Part shown: in pieces, positions 53,982 through 64,000 of the stretch
Layout of the letters: every line of letters starts with the position of its first letter
Position numbering within the stretch: the stretch's first letter is position 1
Source of the DNA: the human T2T-CHM13v2.0 reference genome, Homo sapiens
NCBI RefSeq assembly: GCF_009914755.1
Contig: NC_060927.1
Reading direction: 5' to 3' (one strand)
Length of the DNA stretch: 64,000 bases
Translations under genes and position numbers: made by a program
The notes under the pieces: model-generated
Databases searched by the model: none
Told to the model about the DNA's origin: nothing
The model's input: the letters and a program-made list of their open reading frames with translations, nothing else

Positions 53982-55607
53982 TCAGGTCCAAAAATGTAGA
54001 ATCTATTTTGGAATTGTGCATAAGGCATAATGGTCCCCACAGAAGGGTAAGGGAGTGAATGAATAAACAATTGGATGGGTAGATGGATGAATGGCTAAGG
54101 AAAACAGAAAACCGAGGTGATCAAATTTAAGCAGGACAATACAATGTCATAGGTCTAAGTGATGACAAATTCTTCAGGTATAGTGTGTGGCAGAAGAATA
54201 GCTGTGGGTGACAAGCACATTCACAGGAGAACTACAGACAGTGGTCTTGAGTTATCTGTGTATGATTCAGCTCCTAGGAGAAAGAGCTAGCTTGATTTAA
54301 GTAAGGTATCAGGGCCTCAACTGAGCAAACTGGATCCCACACAGGTTGCATTTTCAGTAGGGAACTGAGTACCAATTAGGGAAGGAAATTAAGGTAAAGT
54401 CACAGCCGTACATCCTAGGCCACCATGGGAAGGGCATGCCGAGGCTTAGTGGACATGCACCCCCACCCCAGGCAAAACAGATCCAAATCTGGAGCAATAA
54501 GTCTAATCCCAAAATTCACTCTACCCCTTTGGCTAACATTATAACTGCCTACTTGAATAGAGACTGAATCACAAACTGGGTAAACTGAGTCTGCAGTGGG
54601 ACTTATAGATCTTTGCAATTGAAAGACACTGGTAAACAAGTACAGCTTGATTGTTTCTTGACTGTCTTGAAACATTCTAGAGTATTCATTAGACACACTG
54701 AAGGACTGACTTTGAAAGACGTAAATGATGGATTTATTTCAACCAAGATTTTTTGAACAGCTATTAGGTATAAAGAGCAGGGTGGGTGTGGAATTGAGGA
54801 ATAATCAATCAATGCAAGATGAATGTGAACTTCACCAAGTGTGTGAAATTTCAAAATGCAAGAAATAGCCAATTATGTTAATTTCCTAAGAGATTCCAAA
54901 AGGCTACAAAAGCTGATGATTTTCTAATTAGCATCCACAGGACTATTGCATATAAAATCAGTTTAAGATATACAAATGGTCCTTGAGAAGCAGAAAACGA
55001 ATGGGAAAAAATACTTTGGATGAGAGCTCAATCAAAACAAAAGAAACTTCCAGATACTAAAGTGATTCCATTTGCATGCATATGCACAATGTAATCTATA
55101 CATGTTCCTATCTAGATGACTTAGGTAAGCATACGCAATTGCAGGATTTGCCACCATAAGCACTGATAGCCCCAAAAAGAGACAATTGAAAAATCCAGGC
55201 TGAAAAGCTAAATCTGATTTTTCTCACTCTTAACTCAGTCTGGAACTCTAACCTCACACATGCTGATTTTCCTCCCCAAAATAGCACTGCTAAAGAGAAA
55301 ACTGAGATCACAGAAAAGCCTCATGGGTTATGTTCAGGATAATCAGCTGAATTCCTTAAGGAGTCCTTCTGTTTCTTCATTAAAACAATACCATTTACTT
55401 GGAATCTTTTGGTCTTTCGAGAAAGGTTGTGGTTTGAAAATAAACTGAAGCATAGTGTTTTAGAACAAGGGAAAGGGGAATAATGGTTTGCATTAGGGTG
55501 TTTAGACTCATGCAAAACTTAAACAAAACACATGATGTCAGATTTGGAGTTCTGAGTCTGTCTCCCAGTATATGTGCTTGTATCACACATGCTCTGGCAT
55601 ACACAGG

Positions 55608-55642
55608 TACACATACACACCCACACACACACACACACACAC
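55608..55642. repeat. Imperfect (CA)n microsatellite
   Basis: Read directly. Confidence 0.9.
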
Positions 55643-55976
55643 CACATCTTGCACCCTCCCATACCCAGTCTAATCCTAGGCTATTACCTAATTCTGACAC
55701 TTGGATGCCACCAGAAGTTGTCAAATGACCTCTGCGCCACTAAAAAATCTCCAGGGACAGTCAGTAAAAGCATCTTCTCCCCACATCTTCTCATATAACA
55801 ACACTAAGCTTCCTTCCTTCCAAGTTCTCATCTATTATATTTCTATAGCTATCTTTAAGCCCATTTCTCCAGCTACTAATATTCAGTGTAAATCTAAATG
55901 TCTAACAGGACAACAAGCATTGCTAGGAATGTAAAATTCTAATCAAGGTCCTATAGCCTTCATGTACTAAAGGACG

Positions 55977-56388
55977 TGCATTAGGCTGTTCTTGCATTGA
56001 TATAAAGAGAAATACCTGAGACTGGGTAATTTGTAAAGAAAATAGGTTTAATTGGCTCACAGTTCTGCAGGCTTTACAGGAAGACAGTGCTGGCATCTGC
56101 TCGGCTTCTCAAAAGGTCTCAGAAAGCTTACAGTCATGGTGGAAGGCGAAGGGGGAGCAGGCCCATCACATGGAGAAAGCAGGAGTAAGCAAGAGAGTGT
56201 TGGGGGGTGGGGGTGACATACACTTTTAAACACCTAGATTTCTCAAGAACTCACTATCATGAAATAGCACCAAACCATGAGGGATTCACCCACGTGATCT
56301 AAACACCTCCCACAAGGCCCCACCTCCAGTATTGGGGATTACAATTAAACATGAGATCTGGGTGGGGACAAATATCCAAACTATAAGA
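55977..56388 (-). mobile_element. MSTA MaLR solo LTR
   Basis: aaatacctgagactgggtaattt...gctggcatctgctcggcttct...acatgagatctgggtggggacaaatatccaaacta; TSD ggacg/ggagg. Confidence 0.9.
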
Positions 56389-56781
56389 GGAGGCTCAGGC
56401 AGAAGGTCTACCAATGGTATATGGGGTAGAGTTTTGGGTGATCTCTCACGCCCCTTCCCCTACCACACTAGTGCACAGCAGCCTGACTTCCAATTGCCAA
56501 TACTGAGGGTGTTCTCTGAGCTCTGAGCACTCTTTGCCACCCAAGTGGCAGATGAGAAGTACCGGGGAATTAATACACCTTTAGAGCAGTCCTCAACCAA
56601 TGACCAACAGGAATTGGTATAAAAATACCGAGCTCCTTTGCCCACTGGGTGACAGGACTTTTGGGTGTATATTCTACCCTGGCCTCCACAGCAGAATTAA
56701 GTTTCCCCAGCAGAATTAAGCTCCAAGGGGCCATGGTAAATCTGGTTTGCTGAGCACCCTTCTTTAGTGACTACCTTCCTC

Positions 56782-57711
56782 TGGACTGTTTTCCAACACC
56801 AACCAATTCTCCAAATCCCTGGAAACCAAGATGTCTTACAATTTAACTCAATTCTGATTCCATCTACCCTGAGTTAGTGCAGACCACAGAGATTAAGGAT
56901 CCAGCCCCACAAGACTGATTTCCCATTTCACATGCCAGCTGCAAGTAGGAGGTCCCAGGTACCAACACATCAGTCTGACTGGCTCTAAATAGGAGGTTCC
57001 CAAAACCCCCTCCCCAGGTTCAATAATTTGTTAGAATGGCTGATAGAATTCAGGAAAGCACTTTACCTAGGTGTACCTAAATTTATGATAAAGAATACAA
57101 TGAAAGAACAGACAGATGGAAAAGATGTCTAGGGCAAAGTATAGAGGTAGGGAGGGGCAGCGTAGAGCTTCTGTGCCCTCTCTGGGCACATCACCCTTCC
57201 AGGCCCAAATTTTTCAAATCCCCTTGGTCAAGAGTTTTTGTATCAGCCTAGTCAACATAGTGAGACCCCATCTCTATAGAAAAACTTAAAAATTAGCTAG
57301 GCATGGTGATGTGCACCTGTAGTCCCAGCTTCTCAGAAGGCTGATGTGGAAGGATGGCTTGAACCCAGGAGATCAAGGCTGCAGTGAGCCATGATCATGC
57401 CACTGCACTCCAACATGGGTGACAGAGTGACCCTCTGTCTCAAAACAAGCAAACAAACCAACAAACGAAAAGAGTTTTTGTACAGCGTAATCTCCAGCAC
57501 CTCCTCTGCCTTCTAATCACTTGTCTTTCTGGTGACCCTTTCCATCCTGAGGCTATTCCTAAGTCACCCCATTAGCATGAACTCATATGTGACCAAAAAG
57601 GGCTTCTAGTGAATAATAAAAGATACTAGTATCACTTAGGAAATTCCAAGGGTTTTAGGAGCTCTGTGCAGGGAACCTGGGACCAAGAGCATATGTATTT
57701 GTTAGACCACA
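56782..57711 (-). mobile_element. MER21 (A/B-like) LTR containing an Alu
   Basis: caccaaccaattctcc...caattctga...ggttcaataatttgttagaatggct...ggaaattccaagggttttaggagctctgtgcagggaacctgggacc. Confidence 0.85.
57243..57469 (+). mobile_element. 5'-truncated AluJ
   Basis: caacatagtgagacccc...gagatcaaggctgcagtgagccatgatc; exact 13-bp TSD aagagtttttgta. Confidence 0.92.
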
Positions 57712-59716
57712 TTTCTCCTTGACTGTCTTACTTCCCCAATCCCTGTTGGTGGCCTCTTGACTTCCCAAATAAGCTTCTTGCATCAAATCTTGTCTCAGGG
57801 TTTCCTTCTGGAGAGCCGAAAGTAAGATAGTAGGTAACATCAGAAACATAGGGTAATAACATGTACTAAACTTGGTATTTTCAAATCTGTTCTAGTAGAG
57901 CAGGCACGGGGAAGCTTCAATATAAAGTGTTCAATGACAATGACACTCCAAAGATCCCAGTGAAAATGCCTGTAGGGAGCAGGATTCTCTCAGAGTCAAT
58001 TAAAGGGCATTAAAAGAAAGAATGGTAAAGGTAATTCACAAGACCGCTGAAAAAAGGAAACATTCAGTGGAAATATTGTAAAATCCCATAAAATTAAAAG
58101 ATCCACCTTTCAGAGCACTTGAACAGCAAACTTTTCAGAAGGAACAAACCTGGAGTTCAAGGTTAGAAAGAACAAGATGGTCCAATGAACAGCTCTAATT
58201 AGCATTTTTCCTAGATGTATTGCAAAGGAAAAATGAAGGTGTAAGTTTGGGTGAAATAAAAGCCAGTGCGGTTTAACCCTCACATACGTTTGCTCACCTT
58301 TAATACTACTACTATCTCATTAAATAGGCCACAACTCTTCTGTCGCTGGTCGTTAGGGTTCAGAGTTTATGTCACAATTGTAATGGGTTATTGATTGCCT
58401 CTTAAAGAACTTCATAGCTCCCCAGGCTTTGAATCCATTAATGAATGTTGGAGCTGATAAAGTTGAGTTTAATTACGTACTGTATGTCTTGTTAGACATT
58501 AAACTTGCATTTATTCTATTATTAATTTTTTTCCCAGTTGAAATTTTATTTTATTCATCCACAAAACAAATATCTGTCTTAGCTGCATTTTTACTCTTCG
58601 GAAGTCATGGGCATCAATGAAAACTTAATTTTGAAAAAATGTAGCGCATTCTCCTTCATGATCTATTATTTATGCAGTGGTAAAGTTGTATTTGTGCCTG
58701 ACTCCATAGTTTGCAAGATCGGTAATCTAATCAGTTGATCTCCATCCTGAGAGCCTTTCTTTCTTGTTCCCAGCTCCCTACTAAATTTCCATGCCCCACA
58801 CACTACTCTGTCCAAGAGGCCATTATATATTATCCTCTCTTTAGAAGATGCTGTTGTATAAATGGCACAGTGGCAGGCTGGCCACAGAGGTACATTCATT
58901 AGCTTAGACAGACATGGAGAAGCAAACCTTTCGCCTCAGATTACTAGTTTTAATCCATTCCAGGTCAGGGGTGTGCCTGTTTGAAGGACATTCTGAAGGC
59001 CTCTTTTAGTGGGTTAGTAGGCTTGATGTGAAGTCTTGAATAGTATATAAAACACATTTGTAAAGGAAAATACTGCCAGACCTTAACATTACTAGTGACA
59101 GTATGCTAATAAAGGAAATAGCAATTTCTACTGTGAGATCCACTCTCTCTGGTTCTGAAAATCCAGATCAAGTATCTTCCTCCATTAAGTATTCTCGGAT
59201 TACACAAAAACATTATCTCTCCTTGGAATTAAACACTTTTTTTTTCTATCCTTCATTTGGAAATAAATAATGCATAATGACAGCTTTTGAAAGTCAGGTT
59301 CTTGGGAGTAAAGATAACTTCTACTTCTAAGCCCCCCATTGGGGCTGATGGCATTGTTCCTGCTCAGGGGTAGGTACTCTATTGGAAGCCTAAGGAGGCA
59401 CCAACCACATAAAATCCTCTTTTTGGATTTGGGGAGAGAACATCAATAGAGAAATATATTGAAAACACAGGGGAACCTGTGAAATACCCCTGCAATCTCT
59501 GAGAGCTTCATTAGTAAAATCCTAATGGATGATTTTAGTCTGTTCCAGCTCTCATTGTAGAATATTTCTCAGGCCCAAAGACAAAAAGAAAAGAACTGGG
59601 AAAATCTAATCAAAGTTTGAGTACATAAGAAAGCTGTAGCTTAATCAATGGTATTAACATATCTGAAGAGACAGCATTTCAATAGACATGGGGTATGGCC
59701 CATGTGGAATATAAGA

Positions 59717-60068
<352 letters not shown>

Positions 60069-60141
60069 TTATCCAGCCCTGAGGAGATGCAGTGCCCTCC
60101 AGCATTCTGTCCTTAAAGAGCCACGTTAGCTTCATGAGGGT

Positions 60142-60529
60142 TGTCTTAGTCCACTTTTTGCTGCTATAACAGAACACCTGAAACTGGGTAATTCATGAAG
60201 AACAGAAATTTATTTGGCTAATGTTTCTGGAGGCTGAGAAGTACAAGAAAGAGAGACAGGCATCTAGTGAGGGCCTTCTTACTGCATCATCCCATGGCAG
60301 AAGGCAGAAGGGAAAAGAGCATATGCAAGAGAGAACAAGAGAAAAAGGAAGGCGGCAGAACTTATTCTTTTATCAGGACCCCACTCCTGCAATAAACGCG
60401 TCAACCAATTCATGAGGGCAGAGTACTCAAGATCTAATCACTTCTTAAAGGCCTCACCACTCAACACTGTTACATTGGGGATTAAGTTTCTAATACATGA
60501 ACTTTGGGGGACACATTCAAACCATAGCA
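60142..60529 (-). mobile_element. MST (C/D-like) MaLR solo LTR
   Basis: tgtcttagtcc...tgctgctataacagaacacctg...catcccatggcagaaggcagaaggg...ggggacacattcaaaccatagca. Confidence 0.88.
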
Positions 60530-61120
60530 AGAGGAATCCTTTAAGATTGTCACCCTTTCTTAAGCATAGTAAAACAAAGGGAAGATCAAAGTCCTGTGTC
60601 CCTAATTTTTCAGAAATAAATGTGTGGAACTGTCAGGGACATGAGGAAAGGTCAGAAAAATATGAAGTCAGTTAAATAAATTGTGACCCACAAATTAACA
60701 CTTTTTTCAATAATTGAAAACTTGCAAAATTTGTTACCAATACAGAAAATTAAAACAAAAAAACTTTTTATTATTACAGAATTAAAACTGATAGGCAGTT
60801 TTACTAATGTGTCCTATGGAAAGTTCTACCATAACTAAACATTATAGTCACTCTTCATGAACTCCTTACCTTGAATCTAGAGTCAATAGTAATTTAAGAT
60901 TATGACTTGACTTCCCACATTGGGTGTGTCTCCAGATGTAATGTATTTAAGGTGATTCTTCTCCTAACTTTTCTCAGAGGAAGTCCAACCTTCCTCTAAG
61001 AAGGTAATGTAACTTCCTCTAGGATGTCTTTGCCTGGCTCATCATTATAAGATCCCAATTACACTCTTAACAGTCTTGTCTCTACCACACTGTAATCTCC
61101 CCGAGGCCACAGTCTTTTTA

Positions 61121-61258
61121 TAGAATGACCAACAGTCCCAGTTTGCTGGGATTGGGAGGCTGAGGAAAAGGGAGTTGCTGAATGGAGAGCTTTCAGTGCT
61201 GAAACCAGAAAAGTCTCAGAAAAAACAAAAACAAAAACAGAATGCTTTGATCACTCTA
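61121..61258. mobile_element. MER94-like hAT-Blackjack MITE
   Basis: Termini tagaatgaccaac / ttgatcactcta resemble the TAGGGTGACCA TIRs; internal gtcccagtttg, ttcagtgctgaaacc. Confidence 0.65.
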
Positions 61259-63800
61259 TTTTACATTGCCATATCCAGTACATCTATGGAAGTATCTACA
61301 AAATATATTCAAAATATATATAGGATAAAAATGTGATTCCAGCGATTCTGTATATAGAGTTAACCATTGGATCAATTCAGTAGGCCTTCCTTGTAGCTAT
61401 GACCAGGCATTTGTTTACATTTTGAAATACATAAAAGATAAACTAATTTTGCTTTTTTCTCTTTTTATTACCAAAACAATATGGGAGAAAAAGCACAATA
61501 TATAACTGGTTGCACACTATAACTCTGAAATATAGAGTCCAAGATTGAAAGGCAACATAAAAGTAGTTGCTTTGTATTCATGATAGATAGGGTCATGGTT
61601 TTGTTTTATTGGAAGATTTTTACATTAAAAATGTTTTTTTATATCTCAAATGTCTTAATTTTTAAGTTGATTTAACACTGACTCTTTGAACTCCAAATCA
61701 TGTTCTACTTTCTCTCTGAAACTTTTCCAAGAACATTCTGGAAAGAAATAATGTTTCCCCTCTGAATGCTTTCACAATTGTTGCCCATGATATTCATCTA
61801 TCATATTACCATTTTAGTGACTTACAGTTATTTCTTCTCCCCTTCCTTGTGACCTTACTGCCTATCTACAATGGACTCTGCTTTCCTGGAGGACAGGTGT
61901 TATGTTTTCCATCACTTAAGGTCTCCTCCAATGCCTTATGACCTCTCTGCCAAACTGCCCCCACCCAGCCCTTTCCAGTCCTGCCTGGGGAACCCTACAG
62001 TCCATTATCCAGAAAGCTGCAATGTGCAGCCATGATCCTACCATCCTGTGAAACTCAGACCCTCTCTGGAGGACAGACAAATTCTCACGGAAAAGACCGG
62101 GCCATTCCTTCTCCATAATCCCCTTCTTTAAAAGTCTTTATTGGTCCCAGGACAGCCATTGTGAACTGAGTCTCTGTAAATCAGTCAGCTAGAGATGTGT
62201 GGAGTGGAAGCTGAACACCAACCCCGCTGCAGTTCACTTCTGCTCTGTTCCCAGAAGCAAGAAGCACGTTGCTTCTCTAGGCGGGGAGGAAAGAAGCAGG
62301 ATCCAGCCTGGAGAGAAAGCAGCAGGTTTAGAAGAAACAGACTGCTACATCTAAGGAGACGCCAACTGTAAGATTTGGGCTAACAAAGTTCCGGAGGTTA
62401 ACCTGAGGCTTCAAAAAATGGGACTGAAGTTGCAGAGAACTTTTAAAACACCTGTTTTTCATGATCCCATGTAAATTTCATTAGAGAGGGGATACTGGCC
62501 ACAGCAAGGACATGTCTTACACCTGCTAACCAATGCCTCTGATCTCTGGAAGTAGGGCTAACAAATTTAAATGAGAAAAAAAGATAACGTTCTCTCTAAA
62601 AAATGTGCATATTTTAAATTACAAGAGTAGGGAGGAACTTGAAGCAAAAACAAATTGAAGAGAGATATGGAGAGAGAAGACCTCTGACAAATTCTGCATT
62701 ATCCCTGTTGTAAGGAGAGGGGGAGGGAATAACCCCCTCCAGAGTGGTCAACCCAGCACTAAATTTGTGTCCATTTAGGGGGAAATTAAATTAAGGAGCA
62801 AGAATATCATACTCAAAATTTCAATAGAAGGCCCCTTTGCCCTCCAATCTAAAGACATATTATACATTTTAACTTTTCCTTCCTTAATTTATTTTCTTTG
62901 ATTTTCCTCTCTTCGTGTTTAAATGTATTCTCCTTGCTTAGTGTGAATACTCAATGCAGGAACAAAAGACCCATTTGTCATGCTGGAGACTAAGAACACA
63001 TCAGGTATAATGGAATTCTGGCTTGGGCAACGCTCATCATTTGTTCAGACATGTCATCAGTTTATTCTGACATTCTGTGCGATTCCTCTACTCCTAATCT
63101 ACATGACTTCCACACGGCATCTTCACAACATTATGTAATTAATATTGGTAAACAAATCTTTGTTCACTACCCTGCCCTTGTAATTTCCTAAAAAGCTTCT
63201 GGCTTATTCCTCAATCTTAGCTGAATCAATACACTCTGAAAGCAAAGTCATATGCAGAGGACAAGAGCAATTAATGATCACGTACTCAAGCACAAGCGAG
63301 AAGAGAGAGAAGATAACTCTATCCTGTTAGGTGACTGGATAGTATTCATAATATCACAGCATGAATGTGTGGCTAAAAAACCTAAACCCAAATCCCTTAT
63401 AAAGTGTATTTGTAATGCAATGTAGTACTTTCCCCTAATTGGATTATGCTTTTCTTGCACAAAATGGAAGTATTTTGCTGTATTTTGGTTCCATCTATTA
63501 CGGCAAATATAAGAGCAATGCAGTAGTGACAGCAGGTCCTATCTGGAATGTTTGGTGCACTCTCTGGAATGCCCTGAGCTTCAGTTGTCCTGTCTAATCC
63601 TCCTTGTCACTCAATACCCAACCCAGTTCCACCACCACCAGGGCACTTCCCCTGTGGTTCTAGCTTGCAAGGCTTAGGCTTGCTCCGTCTTGTGGATTCA
63701 ATGTGCTCATTGTTCCTGACTGGGGTCTCTCAGGGAGACCTGGGTCCTAGTACCTCTAGCACTAACTGGGTGTGTGATTTTCAGTAAATGACATAGACAT

Positions 63801-63845
63801 TGTATTAGGGTACTCCAGAGAAACAGAACCAATAGTGTGCACACA
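63801..63845 (-). mobile_element. MLT2 LTR terminus, interrupted by THE1
   Basis: tgtattagggtactccagagaaacagaaccaatag. Confidence 0.75.
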
Positions 63846-63848
63846 TGG

Positions 63849-64000
63849 TAATATGGTTTGGCTCTGTCCCCACCCAAATTTCCCTTGAATTGTAGCTCCC
63901 ATAATTCCCATGTGTCATGGAAGGGACTTGGTGGGAGGTAATTAAATCATGGGGGTGGGTCTTTCCCATGCTATTCTCATGATAATGAATAAGTTTCATG
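63849..64000 (+). mobile_element. THE1 (B-like) LTR 5' part, runs out of the window
   Basis: atatggtttggctctgtccccacccaaatttcccttgaattgtagctcccataattcccatgtgtcatgg. Confidence 0.92.

Larger units (their letters stand above)
56420..57830 (+). mobile_element. LTR16-type ERVL LTR split by MER21
   Basis: gcagtcctcaaccaatgaccaacaggaattggtata...cagcagaattaagctcca; resumes tcttacttccccaatccc...cttcccaaataagcttcttgcatcaaatcttgtctcaggg. Confidence 0.7.

Overview
Primate (human-like) non-coding genomic DNA, intronic or intergenic, dominated by interspersed repeats: Alu (J/S/Y), L1 (L1M/L1MA/L1MB/L1PA), L2, MIR, MaLR/ERVL/ERV1 solo LTRs (MLT1, MST, THE1, MER74, MER21, LTR16/33, MER50, LTR8, LTR2) and DNA-transposon fossils (MER1A, MER5A, MER82, MER94, MADE1, Tigger2). 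I cannot support any protein-coding exon, tRNA/rRNA or CpG island; the ORF track is explained by repeats and chance. Repeat names come from recalled consensus sequences: family level is fairly reliable, subfamily level is approximate, and the boundaries of old MIR/L2/L1M copies are rough. The most unusual structure is an L1PA (40568-43752) split by a ~1.9-kb non-L1 insert flanked by a ~12-bp duplication. That insert begins with a ~215-bp inverted copy of the unique DNA just beyond the L1's own 5' end. Other points of note are a 48-triplet CAT/CAG/CAC repeat grown from a MER5A seed, an MLT1C>MADE1>LTR2 nest with a miR-548-like arm, an 86-bp tandem duplication across an L1 tail junction, a tail-less TSD-less Alu, and a POU/SOX motif cluster. 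I see no evidence of a novel multi-gene system.
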